Notes: a model not told the origin generated them from the letters alone. A stretch of DNA of 64,000 bases from Cyanobacteria bacterium auto_48_18 (GCA_036170915.1 JAVHQC010000033.1:265889-329888), one strand, 5' to 3'; shown: positions 1-10,679, counted from the first letter of the stretch. Made by a program: numbers and translations.

Positions 1-72
1 GACCTAACTCCGTCTATAATAGCCATATCTCTATCTGAGTTTACCCGAGTTTAGCTGAGTGATGGGTGTGTA

Positions 73-1923
73 GTGCGGCGAAGATCTGCGTTTGATGCGA
101 TGCTTCGCTCTTTGGCGCCCCAAATGCTCTTGATTTTGCTTTCTGTGCTCCCCTTTTATCCGTGGCAATGCGCTCAGGCAGAGCGAATCAAAGATTTTCA
201 AGTCGACCTTACCTTGGCCAAGGACGGATTACTAACCGTCACTGAAACAATTAAATATGATTTTGAAAAAGCACATAGGCACGGAATATACAGGCGTATT
301 CCCATGCAGTACCGCCGACAGGGCGCAATTTACGATCTGATTCTAAATACTCAGTCAGTGACAGATTTGCAGGGTCACAAGCTTTTGTACACAAGCAAGC
401 GTATGGAAGGAGTGACTAATATTCAAATTGGCGATCCTCGGGTGCTGCTCACAGGGCAGCATAACTATCGCATCAAATATGATGTGCGCCGGGCAGTCAA
501 CATTTTTAGCAATGGGCCGGAGCTTTATTGGAATTGTGTGGGCAGCGAGTGGCCATGCCCGATTGACCATGTCAGAATCGTTTTTCACCCGCCGGCCGGC
601 ACCAAACTAAGTAAAGAACGCAGCACAAATTTTCTGGGATACTTCGGTGCTAGAACGCACGGTCAACAGGCCATTGTGGGCAACGCTCTTGTTTACAATG
701 CCAGTCGCCTGGGGCCAGGGCAAGACTTTACCATTGTTGTCGGCATGCCAAAGGGCAGCGTGGTGCTACCTACTTTATTTCAATCTTTTGTACAGTCGCT
801 TTTGTTCTGGCGTGTGGGAATTTTGATACCAGCAGCCACGCTGGCAGTTTTATGTTCGCTCTGGTTTATTTACGGTCGCGACAGTCTTAATTTACAGGGC
901 GTAGGCGTCGAGTGGAAACCGCCTGCGGAGCTCACTCCTGCTGAAGTGGGCACATTGGTGGATGAGCATTGCGACAACTCTGATGTTACGGCAACATTGC
1001 TGGATCTGGCTGCCCGCGGCTATTTGATTATTACTCAAGTGCCGTTCAATGGTTTAATCGGAGTCGACAATAAAGACTATAAATTTAAAAAGGCTGCTAG
1101 CCCAGACCCTGAGCGTCTCAAGCCCCATGAATTAATGGTGCTTTCCAGTTTGTTTGTAAGTAATGACGTCACTTATTTATCAGCGCTACGCGGTCATTAT
1201 CGTGAGTATATCGAGACTATGCGCACCATGATTTATCAATCACTGGTGAAAGAAAAATATTTTGCTCGCATGCCCAAAGATGATCGCGATTACTATTTAA
1301 TTGTTGGTGCAATGATTTTAGGCACAGGTGCAATGCTTGCCGCAGCTGGATTTACGGCCGGTGATATCTATAAAAATTATGGTCTTGGTATCGGACTTTC
1401 TGGTTTGCTAATTATGATTGCCAGCAACTCTATGCCAAAGCGCACCGCCAAAGGTGTCAAGGCTTTGCGTCAATGTCTGGCCTTTAAACGTTTCGTCAAC
1501 ATGGCAGAAAAGTCGCGCTTAGAAATTTTAGCGAGAGAAGATCCGACCATATTTGGGCGGCTTTTACCGTACGCTTCCGTACTTGGTTGCGCCGAAAAAT
1601 GGGCATTTGCATTCAAAGACTTACTGGACGAACCACCTGATTTTTACCGGGTTACCGGCCGTGATCCAAATTTGGTCTGGAACTCGCAAAACTTTACTTA
1701 TGATTTGTGCCGCAGTCTTTATACAATTGATTCGTCATTTGACAGCAAACCCTTGCCTTCGTTCAACATGAACAGCTCAGGTACATCTTCAGGTTTTGGT
1801 TCAGGCTTTGGTTCAGGCTTTGGTTCAGGCTTTGGCGGCGGAGCTGGAGGCGGAGCGAGTGGCTTTGGCTCAGGTGGGGGTTCAGGTGGTGGATTTGGTG
1901 GCGGCGGTGGTGGATCCTGGTAA
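73..1923 (+). CDS. DUF2207 family membrane protein
   Basis: Signal peptide, 'ERIKDFQVDLTLAKDGLLTVTETIKYDF...HGIYRRIP', 'ELYWNCVGSEW', 'LLDLAARGYL', TM helices and a Gly-rich C-terminus ending GGGGGGSW. Confidence 0.9.
   Translation: MRRRSAFDAMLRSLAPQMLLILLSVLPFYPWQCAQAERIKDFQVDLTLAKDGLLTVTETIKYDFEKAHRHGIYRRIPMQYRRQGAIYDLILNTQSVTDLQGHKLLYTSKRMEGVTNIQIGDPRVLLTGQHNYRIKYDVRRAVNIFSNGPELYWNCVGSEWPCPIDHVRIVFHPPAGTKLSKERSTNFLGYFGARTHGQQAIVGNALVYNASRLGPGQDFTIVVGMPKGSVVLPTLFQSFVQSLLFWRVGILIPAATLAVLCSLWFIYGRDSLNLQGVGVEWKPPAELTPAEVGTLVDEHCDNSDVTATLLDLAARGYLIITQVPFNGLIGVDNKDYKFKKAASPDPERLKPHELMVLSSLFVSNDVTYLSALRGHYREYIETMRTMIYQSLVKEKYFARMPKDDRDYYLIVGAMILGTGAMLAAAGFTAGDIYKNYGLGIGLSGLLIMIASNSMPKRTAKGVKALRQCLAFKRFVNMAEKSRLEILAREDPTIFGRLLPYASVLGCAEKWAFAFKDLLDEPPDFYRVTGRDPNLVWNSQNFTYDLCRSLYTIDSSFDSKPLPSFNMNSSGTSSGFGSGFGSGFGSGFGGGAGGGASGFGSGGGSGGGFGGGGGGSW
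1788..1835 (+). repeat. 12-bp tandem repeat (TCAGGYTTTGGY x4) coding SGFG in the DUF2207 tail
   Basis: Visible in the sequence, in frame. Confidence 0.85.
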
Positions 1924-2025
1924 AGTGGAAGTAGCGCTGTAATTAAAGCGAAGGACATCGGCTAATTTTTTAACTTAGTCAGTAAAGCCTATAATTCAGA
2001 TTCTGCAAGCAAATCGTTCGAGAGT

Positions 2026-3099
2026 GTGGCTGCTATTGTGAAAAATTCAAGCAAATTTGTTTTTCAGCTATGCTGCTTGCTCGCAGCTTTTGCTTTGCAA
2101 GGCGGGCTTCTAGATACAGAGCTGGCTTTACCTGCTGATGCCGCTTCAAGTAACGAGGCTTCAGGCAAAGACAGCTCCATCAAGGCGCACTCCGCTCAAG
2201 CTGGCGGCGCCGCAAGAAAGTCTGGCGCTTCTGCTCGCGGCAAACGTCGTGCTCGAAAAGTAAGACGTGCTGCCACTTCAGGTATTGCTTCCACCAAATT
2301 GATTCCACTTTCGCCGCAAGTAGATTCGCTCACTCCGGCGGTCAAAGTCAGCGATAGAGCAACTCTAGACATGCTGCGCTTTGGTGCGCTCAGGCATGCG
2401 CAGGGCCAATTTGATGAAGCTGAAACCACTTTCAGGCAAGTGCTTGCCAGAGATTCAAGCAATGTAGATGCTTTTTATAATCTCGGTTCTCTGGCTGAAC
2501 GTCGCGGTGACCTAATTGCGGCGCTGAGCCACTATCGAGCGGCCCAGGCGCTAAAACCAAATGATCATCAAATTGGTGACGCCGTACACTCTGTTGAAAA
2601 AACTCTGCGTAGTGCACCATATTCCCATAACTATCTGCATCCTTCTCATACTGCTCATGCGTTACCTGTATCTGTTCCTGTTTCTGCATCTGTACCTATA
2701 TCTGTATCAGGCGAGCCGCTTGCTCAGGTCAATCAATTTCCCTATCCCCCTCTGGCACCCACAGTCTCGCGCGATGATGGCAGAAGCGGTAGCGATCAGT
2801 ATCCGGTGTTAAGCGCCCTTAGTGCGCCCGACCCTGTGCCGTCAGTTACTGGAGGGCCTGGCAGTCCTGGAACTTTCCAGCTTAGTTCTTCAAAGAACGC
2901 CGCTCTGGCCCCTACTCTTGGAGTAGTTCCGGCAACTGGCACGGCTATGCCCTCGGCACCGGTGGTTGGGGTTAAACCTAAAAGTCACCCTATCGCAAGA
3001 GCCGCCCTCAATGGTGCTCTCAATACTGGTGCATCTATGGGACTGCGAGCTGTGGGCCTGCATTGCCCTGTCTGTCATTTTTTGCGATTCAATTTTTAG
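2026..3099 (+). CDS. Secreted tetratricopeptide-repeat protein
   Basis: N-terminal hydrophobic signal, TPR pattern 'GQFDEAETTFRQVLARDSSNVDAFYNLGSLAERRGDLIAALSHYRAAQALKPND', Pro/Ser-rich tail, terminal CPVC. Confidence 0.8.
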   Translation: MAAIVKNSSKFVFQLCCLLAAFALQGGLLDTELALPADAASSNEASGKDSSIKAHSAQAGGAARKSGASARGKRRARKVRRAATSGIASTKLIPLSPQVDSLTPAVKVSDRATLDMLRFGALRHAQGQFDEAETTFRQVLARDSSNVDAFYNLGSLAERRGDLIAALSHYRAAQALKPNDHQIGDAVHSVEKTLRSAPYSHNYLHPSHTAHALPVSVPVSASVPISVSGEPLAQVNQFPYPPLAPTVSRDDGRSGSDQYPVLSALSAPDPVPSVTGGPGSPGTFQLSSSKNAALAPTLGVVPATGTAMPSAPVVGVKPKSHPIARAALNGALNTGASMGLRAVGLHCPVCHFLRFNF

Positions 3100-3477
3100 A
3101 TGGCAGTCTTCAAGTTTAAGTGTTTTACTGGTGCAGCGCTGGCATGCTTGATTGCTATCGCAGGTCAAAGTCAGTTGTGTCAGGCGCAGGAAATTCGCAT
3201 TGCCCGCCCTGATGCGCCAGGTAAGTCGACAGAGGTACAAGCTGATTGTTGCGGGCCTGCTGAGCATAATGAGCTTAATTCAGGCAGCAGCGCCCTTCGC
3301 TGGCCAGGGTCAATTGTAGATTTTCACAGCCACTGGCAACTTCGTTATGTACAACCGGTGTTCTGCCCAATGGTCACTTGTATGAGTTCTTGTGGAAACT
3401 ATGCTGACGCCTGTGTGCTCGATTCGACTGCGGTAGTGGTAAATAAGAAGCACGGCTGTGCGAGCGCGTGCAAGTAG
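3100..3477 (+). CDS. Small Cys-rich secreted hypothetical protein
   Basis: ATG directly after the upstream stop, signal-like N-terminus, many Cys. Confidence 0.55.
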   Translation: MAVFKFKCFTGAALACLIAIAGQSQLCQAQEIRIARPDAPGKSTEVQADCCGPAEHNELNSGSSALRWPGSIVDFHSHWQLRYVQPVFCPMVTCMSSCGNYADACVLDSTAVVVNKKHGCASACK

Positions 3478-3552
3478 TTTGAGCTGACGGAGCTGTCTTA
3501 TACTTATGCAGCGGTTGTGTCATGATAACCGTGACAGATTTAGGGAAAAATC

Positions 3553-4173
3553 GTGAATTTTCTTGAAACTCCATTGCCTTTAGCCGAGCACAAAACTACC
3601 CAGGGCGTGGTCAAATTTAGAGTTGCCACCCTGAGCGACATTGATCGCCTGGGCGAAACTTTTTTGGGATCTGACAATGAGCCGGCCGACGCCGAGCCCG
3701 CCACTGAAGAATTTTTGGCATTGACGCGAAGATTTTTCAAGCATTTAATCAATGATGGGGCCGTGGCTATTATTGGTGAGAAAGATTCTGAAAGTGCTGG
3801 TTCTGAAATTGTTGGCCTTTCATTTGTGGATTTACTCGAGCGCCAGAAAGAAAAGACTCGCATTCGCTGCGATCGCCCCACAGGCATTATTGAGAGAGTG
3901 CGTTCAGTTATAGAAGGGCAAGGAGTGGGTCGCGCGCTGCTGACAAACTGCGAGGCATTGATTGTCAGAGCCGGCCTGGAAGCTGCTGAAATTGGAGTCA
4001 AGGCGACTAATCACCGTGCGCGCAAAATCTATGAGCGCGCCGGGTATCAAATTGTTCTCAATGGCCATGTGGAAAGATTGCCTGATTTTGAAGGTTATTC
4101 AATTTTTCGCTATGAGCCTCCTTCGCAAGTTATGTTTAAGTCGTTGGTGCCGGTGAAGCGCAAAAGTAAGTGA
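3553..4173 (+). CDS. GNAT family N-acetyltransferase
   Basis: Motif A 'EGQGVGRALL' and motif B 'NHRARKIYERAGY'. Confidence 0.8.
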   Translation: MNFLETPLPLAEHKTTQGVVKFRVATLSDIDRLGETFLGSDNEPADAEPATEEFLALTRRFFKHLINDGAVAIIGEKDSESAGSEIVGLSFVDLLERQKEKTRIRCDRPTGIIERVRSVIEGQGVGRALLTNCEALIVRAGLEAAEIGVKATNHRARKIYERAGYQIVLNGHVERLPDFEGYSIFRYEPPSQVMFKSLVPVKRKSK

Positions 4174-4991
4174 AGAGATTGCACGATTTTGGGACATGGT
4201 GGCCGCTTGGTAGGCACTGGCAATTGCCGTATCCAAAACGCAGAGAAATTTTTGCATTTTTCTCTGCGTTTTGGACTTGCGCTTTTTTAACCGCGCCGTG
4301 CGCCGGTGCGCAAGATCTTGAAACTCAATCACAACGTCAGACATTCCAGGCAACGGTTGCCCCTGTGCCATTGACCTTGCAAGCCGGCGCCACTTTTCAA
4401 GAATCAAGCCTGCCGCCGCAAAACACAGGAAAGGGGTGGTATCGAATTCCATCATGGTTTGCCGGCTACTGGCATCGCCGCGAGATTGTAGAAAAGAATT
4501 TTGGCTTTCCTGATCGCAGGCAAATTTCCCTGCGCGATATGAGACGCGGGTATCAAATGGATCGCCGGGGAGACATCTGGCATCCACGCAACGAGCCTTT
4601 TGTGGTTAGAGTTGACCACAAAGATACTTATGATCTGAATGACACATCTCAGATGAAACCACTTATGGTTAGCCCCGGATCAGTAGTCTTGGAAATCAGC
4701 GCTATGGGCATCAGAGTTGATAAAGCCACGGGCTTGATTATTTCAACTACTCAAAAAAGAGAAATTCATACTTTTAAGCCTGGGCGCAATCACACCATTG
4801 AGGCTGAATCAACAGGTATGGGCTACGATCAGCACGGTAAGCCACTTTTGGCCAAGCCATTCCAAAAATTTTATACGGAATATTTAAAGGCACCGTTTAA
4901 GCCAATCAACAATGAACTTGGCCGAGACTATCGCACCGATTTTTGCGATTATCTCGAAGCCACCGACCAGAGCGATTTATTACCCAGGTAG
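4170..4991 (+). CDS. Secreted hypothetical protein, 'WYxIPxW' family copy 1
   Basis: GTGA overlap with the GNAT stop, signal-like segment ending AGA-Q, motifs shared with three other ORFs in the window. Confidence 0.8.
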   Translation: MKRLHDFGTWWPLGRHWQLPYPKRREIFAFFSAFWTCAFLTAPCAGAQDLETQSQRQTFQATVAPVPLTLQAGATFQESSLPPQNTGKGWYRIPSWFAGYWHRREIVEKNFGFPDRRQISLRDMRRGYQMDRRGDIWHPRNEPFVVRVDHKDTYDLNDTSQMKPLMVSPGSVVLEISAMGIRVDKATGLIISTTQKREIHTFKPGRNHTIEAESTGMGYDQHGKPLLAKPFQKFYTEYLKAPFKPINNELGRDYRTDFCDYLEATDQSDLLPR

Positions 4992-7900
4992 TGACTCTTC
5001 GGGAACAGGCTCTGTCACTGGGGTTTTACTTTTCTTGTCGGTGATTTTGTACATCACCGGCAGTACCATCAAAGTTAAGAGCGTGGCTGAAACTAAGCCG
5101 CCGAGTACTACAGTCGCCATGGGTCTTTGTACTTCTGAACCGGTGCCGCTAGAAAATATTTTAGGCAAGAGTCCCATAATTGCCACCAGCGCTGTCATCA
5201 TTACCGGCCTGAAGCGGGTAATGGCACCTTCCATAATGGCTGCTTCAGCTGGCCTTGTAGCGCGCAAGTGACTGATGTAAGACACCAGGATGACACCGTT
5301 CTGCACAGCCACACCAAAGAGCGCGATAAAGCCGATAATGGCTGGAACTGAGATGGGCTGGTGAGTGATGAATAATCCCAGAATTCCGCCGATGATAGCG
5401 AAGGGTACATTGGCCATTACCAGACAGGCGTTTTTGAAAGAACCGAATGCCGAAAACAGCAAGATGAATATTAGCAGCAGTACGATCGGTACTACCACAG
5501 CCAATCTTGCCATTGCTCTTTGTTGGTTTTCGAATTGGCCACCCCATACCAGTCTGCACGAGTCTGGAATCTTGACTGTCTTTGCCACTTTGGCTTGAGC
5601 CTCTTGAACAAAGCTACCAAGGTCGCGGCCCCTGATGTTTGAAAGAACAGCAGTACGCCTTTGTGCTTCTTCGCGGTTAACCATCACCGTGCCTTCTTCA
5701 AGGGTGATATCGGCCAGCATTTTAAGCGGCACCGTGGCCCCAGAAGGCGTGGTCACAGGCATGTTCGATATGTCTTCTACCGAATCGCGATCTTTGCGTG
5801 GCAAACGTACCAGAACACCAAAGCGTTTATTGTCTTCGAATACTTCGGTAATGACACTACCGGCAATGGCAGTGTTGATATATTGTTGCAGCGCTGCCAC
5901 GTTGAGGCCATAGCGCGCCATTCGCGCTCGATCCAGTCGTATCTTCAACTGCGGCGCCCCGAGCATCCGCTCGCGTTGTAAGTCTGCCACTCCTGGCACG
6001 CTAGAAATCGCATGAGTAATGTCTGAGCTAATTCCATCGATTTCGCGTAGGTCATCGCCGAAAACTTTAATGGCCAGGTCGGCTTTTACTCCTGATACCA
6101 GGTCATCTACCATGTCAGCAATTGGTTGTGAAAAACTATATTTCAAGCCAGTGATGTTATCCAATTTTTTGGCCATTTTTTCGACCAATTCATCTTTGCT
6201 GCGCACCGTCCATTTATTTTTTGGTTTCAGGCCTATGTAAGTATCGGCATTGTCTACACCTTCCAGATCAGAACCCATGCCCGATCGGCCAATGCGCGAG
6301 ACCACAATTTCGACTTCAGGAAATTCTTTCACAATAGTCTCGATAATCTTGGCTATCTCCATTGATTCGGTATGAGAAACACTTGGAGCAAGCTTGGTAC
6401 GCAATAAAATTGAACCTTCGTCCAGGGTAGGAATAAATTCAGATCCTAAAAAGGGCACAAGGCAAAGTGAGGCCATGAGGGCACCAACTGCAATGGCAAT
6501 CACTAGTTTTGGGCGCTTTAGTGCGGCTGCCAGAGCGCCCATATATTTGCGCCTGGGCACGGCAAGAATAGGGCTTTCTTTATCAACGATGTTGCCACGC
6601 AAAAACAAATAACAGAGCAGCGGAATGATGGTCATGGAGCAGATCAGGGCGCCAGTAATTGAATAGATGAATGTCAGAGCGAGAGGCTGAAACATTTTCC
6701 CCTCCACCCCTTCCAGGGTGAAGAGCGGAATATAGACCGCAATAATGATCAAAATGGAAAACAGAATTGGCTTGCCCACTTCACGGGCAGCGTGAGAGGT
6801 GGTCTCTAAAATTTCTGCTGGAGATAATTTTTTTCCATCCTCTTGCTTTTCGGCCAGATGGCGAAAAACGTTTTCTACCATGACGACACCGGCGTCTACA
6901 ATGACGCCGAACTCCATGGCGCCAAGAGTCATAAGATTGGAAGAAAGACCAGTTAACCTCATCATAATGAAGCTGAAAAGCAAGGACAGCGGAATAATCA
7001 CAGCGGCAATCACAGCCGCTCGAATATTGAGAAGAATGCTCGCCAGAATAATAATTACCAGAGCACCGCTAAAGAGAAGAATCTCCTTTACCGTGTCCAT
7101 GGTTTTGTCCACTAATTCCATTTGGTTGTAGTACGGCACAATGTGAACGCCCTTGGGCAATTGTGAATGCAGGTCTTTCAGGCACTTCTCCACATTGAGC
7201 ACTACTTCTTTAGTGTTTACCCCTTTGCGAGTAAGAACAATGCCTGTGACTGCTTCACCTTTGCCGTCTTTAGACGCCGAGCCACGTCTGAAGGCGCCGT
7301 TGATAGTGATGCTGGCGACCTGACCAAGTTTTACCGATGTGCCTTCATATTCGCGCAGCACAGTATTCTCGATGTCGGCTGCTGTCTTAATGCGGCCGAT
7401 ACTGCGTATGATAATTTCTTCGCCACCTTGCTCGATGAAATTGCCACCAGCATTGGTGTTATTCGAATTTAGCGCATCGACCACTTCTTTCAGGCTGACG
7501 TCGTATGACTTCATTTGATCAGGCTTGAGCAGTACCTGATATTCCTTGACGAAACCGCCGTAGGAGACTACGTTTCCAACACCAGGAACGCTTCTGAGTT
7601 TTCTGGCGATCACCCAATCTTGAATGGTCCGTAAGCCGATTTCATCTTGTGGGCCTTCCACATAGTACATAAAGACATTGCTGAAAGTTGATACCACAGG
7701 CCCCATCTGTGGCTGAGGCACCTGACTGGGAAACTGAATGGTGTTGAGCTTCTCGCGCACCAGCTGCCTGGCGAAATAAACATCGACGCTGTCTTGAAAA
7801 ATTACTGTTACTACAGAAAGACCAAAGCTGGAATTGCTGCGAATGGTAGATTTACCCGGCAGGCCGGCCATGGCATTTTCAATAGGAATGGTGATCATGG

Positions 7901-8087
7901 ATTCCACTTCTTCAGTGGCCATGCTCTCCGGCTCGCAAATTATTTGCACCTGAACATTACTGACGTCAGGAAACGAATCCATGGGCAGAGTGGACAGAGA
8001 GAACAAACCGGCAAATATTAGAAGAACAGTGAGGGCTATAATCGCTAAACGCTGGCTTAAAGCGAAGCTAATTAGTTTATCCGTCAC
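4980..8087 (-). CDS. czcA: CusA/CzcA family heavy-metal efflux RND transporter
   Basis: 1035 aa, 'DSFPDVSNVQVQI', 'NLMTLGAMEFGVIVDAGVVMVEN', 'EGKMFQPLA', 'RFRPVMMTALVA', 'GSEVQRPMATVVLGGL'. Confidence 0.92.
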   Translation of the reverse strand: MTDKLISFALSQRLAIIALTVLLIFAGLFSLSTLPMDSFPDVSNVQVQIICEPESMATEEVESMITIPIENAMAGLPGKSTIRSNSSFGLSVVTVIFQDSVDVYFARQLVREKLNTIQFPSQVPQPQMGPVVSTFSNVFMYYVEGPQDEIGLRTIQDWVIARKLRSVPGVGNVVSYGGFVKEYQVLLKPDQMKSYDVSLKEVVDALNSNNTNAGGNFIEQGGEEIIIRSIGRIKTAADIENTVLREYEGTSVKLGQVASITINGAFRRGSASKDGKGEAVTGIVLTRKGVNTKEVVLNVEKCLKDLHSQLPKGVHIVPYYNQMELVDKTMDTVKEILLFSGALVIIILASILLNIRAAVIAAVIIPLSLLFSFIMMRLTGLSSNLMTLGAMEFGVIVDAGVVMVENVFRHLAEKQEDGKKLSPAEILETTSHAAREVGKPILFSILIIIAVYIPLFTLEGVEGKMFQPLALTFIYSITGALICSMTIIPLLCYLFLRGNIVDKESPILAVPRRKYMGALAAALKRPKLVIAIAVGALMASLCLVPFLGSEFIPTLDEGSILLRTKLAPSVSHTESMEIAKIIETIVKEFPEVEIVVSRIGRSGMGSDLEGVDNADTYIGLKPKNKWTVRSKDELVEKMAKKLDNITGLKYSFSQPIADMVDDLVSGVKADLAIKVFGDDLREIDGISSDITHAISSVPGVADLQRERMLGAPQLKIRLDRARMARYGLNVAALQQYINTAIAGSVITEVFEDNKRFGVLVRLPRKDRDSVEDISNMPVTTPSGATVPLKMLADITLEEGTVMVNREEAQRRTAVLSNIRGRDLGSFVQEAQAKVAKTVKIPDSCRLVWGGQFENQQRAMARLAVVVPIVLLLIFILLFSAFGSFKNACLVMANVPFAIIGGILGLFITHQPISVPAIIGFIALFGVAVQNGVILVSYISHLRATRPAEAAIMEGAITRFRPVMMTALVAIMGLLPKIFSSGTGSEVQRPMATVVLGGLVSATLLTLMVLPVMYKITDKKSKTPVTEPVPEESLPG

Positions 8088-9495
8088 CGCGCTGCTCCAT
8101 AGAAAGTTTCGTTTTCACAAGCACGCCGCCAGTTGTGACCACGTCTTCTCCGCCTTGCAGTCCACTGCTGATTTCTACCAGGTCACCATTAGTGATGCCT
8201 GTTTGAACCACTCTTTTGGCGTACTGGTCTGGCGATGTGCGAAGGTAAACTACGGTGGTGCCGCCGGTTTCATGAATAGCTTCTCTAGGGCAAGCGATTA
8301 CTTCGCGAGGTTGGCCTTGAATGTCGATGGTGGCAAACATATTTAGTTTTAGCAGGCCGCTTGTATTATCAATTACTGCTCTCACTGAAACTGTGCGCGT
8401 TTTAGGGTCAAGCATTTCTCCCACATAATGTACTTTGCCGCTAAAAGTACGTGGGCCATAAGCAGTCACAGACGCCGCCACCGGCAGACCTTTTTTCACC
8501 AGTGCTAAATCTGACTCAGGAATTTCACAGCTGATGGCTACCTGTCTCATGTCGCAGATCGAGAATATTGGCGAGTCTGGGCCAACTATTTCGCCTGGAG
8601 AAACGAATTGCTGCACGATAATGCCGCGAGCGGGAGCAATGATAGGCACCAGCGGACGCAGATGCCGGGCTGAAAGACCCGCCTGTGGAGATTTGATCTG
8701 CCTGGCTTCAGCACCTAAAAATCCGAGCTTTTCATTGATCGTTTGCAGCTCGTTTAAAGTTTCTTGCGCTTCTGTTTGTGCTAGTTGCCAGTCTTTCTTG
8801 ATCAGGCCTTTGTTTGCAAACAACTGGCTCTCACGCTTTTCTTCCAGCTGGCATTGTTCGAGATCTAGACGCGCTCTCTCAAGAACGCTTTTGGACTGCA
8901 GAAAATCTTTTTCAGCGGCAATGCCCTCTTTTTTAAGAGTCTCCATGCGATTAAAGTTTCGCCTGGCAGCTTGTTCATTAATCAAAGCCAGCTGTAATGC
9001 GGTTTTCGCCCTGATTAACGCCTTGGGGCGCAGCAGCTCTTCTTGATAAACGCGATATTCTCTTTCTTCATGCGCTTTAGCAATTGCCAAACGCGAGGCA
9101 GCTTTGTTTGCCTCTGCTTGAATCTCGCTAACTTGTTGACTGTCAACAAAACCGAGCACCTGACCGGCCTTTACCTGTTCGCCCGGTGCAACATTCATCT
9201 TTAAAATGCGCCCAGACAGTCTCACTCCGACCGTATACTCTTTGCCGAAAACTGGTTTGATTTGACCAGTGCAATGCACCACCGGTGAAAGATTGCGCCG
9301 TTCGGCCTTAACGCATTCAATGGACGGAGTAATGTTTTTTTCCGGTTTGGCTGCAATGGCCGAAGAGTCATTGCTGACGCCATTTGACTGACATCCGCAG
9401 AGGCTAATGCTGCAAAGAAAGAGGCCCATCAGGAGAATGGCCGTGAAATTATTCGCTTTGGAGAGCCTGTTTAACATTGCATATGCCCGTAGCAA
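8077..9495 (-). CDS. czcB: RND efflux periplasmic adaptor (CzcB/CusB-like)
   Basis: Lipoprotein-like signal (LCGC), lipoyl half-motifs, long helical hairpin, 'LDPKTRTVSVRAVIDN...LKLNMF'; overlaps the czcA start. Confidence 0.88.
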   Translation of the reverse strand: MLRAYAMLNRLSKANNFTAILLMGLFLCSISLCGCQSNGVSNDSSAIAAKPEKNITPSIECVKAERRNLSPVVHCTGQIKPVFGKEYTVGVRLSGRILKMNVAPGEQVKAGQVLGFVDSQQVSEIQAEANKAASRLAIAKAHEEREYRVYQEELLRPKALIRAKTALQLALINEQAARRNFNRMETLKKEGIAAEKDFLQSKSVLERARLDLEQCQLEEKRESQLFANKGLIKKDWQLAQTEAQETLNELQTINEKLGFLGAEARQIKSPQAGLSARHLRPLVPIIAPARGIIVQQFVSPGEIVGPDSPIFSICDMRQVAISCEIPESDLALVKKGLPVAASVTAYGPRTFSGKVHYVGEMLDPKTRTVSVRAVIDNTSGLLKLNMFATIDIQGQPREVIACPREAIHETGGTTVVYLRTSPDQYAKRVVQTGITNGDLVEISSGLQGGEDVVTTGGVLVKTKLSMEQRGDG

Positions 9496-9738
9496 GCCGC
9501 CCGATTGGCTTCGATACTTTAATTATTCCATTGTATAACTGTCTTTCAACGCCAATTCTTTCGCCGCAAGGTTTGCTCGAAGCGCGATCTTGCTCTATTG
9601 ACATGGCAACCTACATAGTCAACTGGCCCCTGTCTTCACTGTTTACGGAAAGCTTTTTGATACCACTAATAGTGCAAAAGAGGTTATGAATATTTTGCCA
9701 CATTATTTCAGTCTTTGCTAATCAAGCGAGAGTGGTCT

Positions 9739-10533
9739 CTAATCGGGTATCAAGCTTGATTGACCCGATTCTGTTAGATAGGCACGAAACTCTTCTTTGT
9801 AGTTAAAAGTGCCGCCTGGCGACTGATCTTGTGCAACGAATGGACTTGTGTGCAACAGGTTGACCTCAAGCTTTTTTGGCTTGCGCGTGATTGCTTTGCC
9901 GTCTTGGTCATAGCGCATTTGCAGACTATGCTCGACTACTTTGCCGCTTGACGCAGGCTGCAGCTCCTGTTCTTCGGTGCGTTTTTCCGCGCGAAGAATT
10001 TTATGAGTTTCGTCATCAACGGTAATTGCTGTATAACGAATCAAGCAGCGAAAACTATCTGGTTGCGAATCAAGCACCTGATAGTCTTCAAAAATATCGA
10101 AGTCGGTAGCTCCTTGAGTTTTTACACGAGCATAATTAGGAATAATTACGGCGTCCCAAACTGCGCCTGTTTTGTCGGCCTGCAGTCCACGAGTTGATTT
10201 TGTCTCGTTTTTGCTTTCAACAGATCTGAGCATAATTGTCTGCTTCAGTGTTTTTGCTTCGAAGCCGCCGGTGAGCCAATCAGGCAGCTTGTACCATGAT
10301 TTGATTTTGTGATTACCAGGCAAAAGATCTTCAGAAAAAGTTGAGCCAATGCGAAAACGCTCTTGCACCGGTGCTACTCGCTCTTCGATACCACCTTGCA
10401 ATACCTGCGCCGACGCAGTTTGTACATAATTTGGCAGATAATTTGAACTGAGCAAAATTATTGCCAGCACTGTGAGGTGAATTTTGTCTGGCCAGCTAAT
10501 ATTTAGCTTTAACTTTGACTTTGTCATGGGCAA
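9739..10533 (-). CDS. Secreted hypothetical protein, 'WYxIPxW' family copy 2
   Basis: Signal peptide ASA-QVLQGG, 'WYKLPDWLTG', 'RGLQADKTGAVW', 'FNYKEEFRAYLTESGQSSLIP'. Confidence 0.8.
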   Translation of the reverse strand: MPMTKSKLKLNISWPDKIHLTVLAIILLSSNYLPNYVQTASAQVLQGGIEERVAPVQERFRIGSTFSEDLLPGNHKIKSWYKLPDWLTGGFEAKTLKQTIMLRSVESKNETKSTRGLQADKTGAVWDAVIIPNYARVKTQGATDFDIFEDYQVLDSQPDSFRCLIRYTAITVDDETHKILRAEKRTEEQELQPASSGKVVEHSLQMRYDQDGKAITRKPKKLEVNLLHTSPFVAQDQSPGGTFNYKEEFRAYLTESGQSSLIPD

Positions 10534-10679
10534 AATTATACTCGGGAAAAAGCCGCTACCTGTCCTATCCTTTCCCCTATGTTATTTAATCTTGGTAACC
10601 CTGATAATCAAGCCTGTAGAGAAACTCCCAGTAAAAGTTCCGCCTCGCCAGCGGAGCTTTTATTGTTTTTGTGGTGTAG

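Noticed and set aside
35..64. Three 10-bp direct repeats (CTGAGTTTAC/CCGAGTTTAG/CTGAGTGATG) before the DUF2207 gene
   Set aside because: Short, degenerate and at the window edge; could be an operator but cannot be distinguished from chance here.
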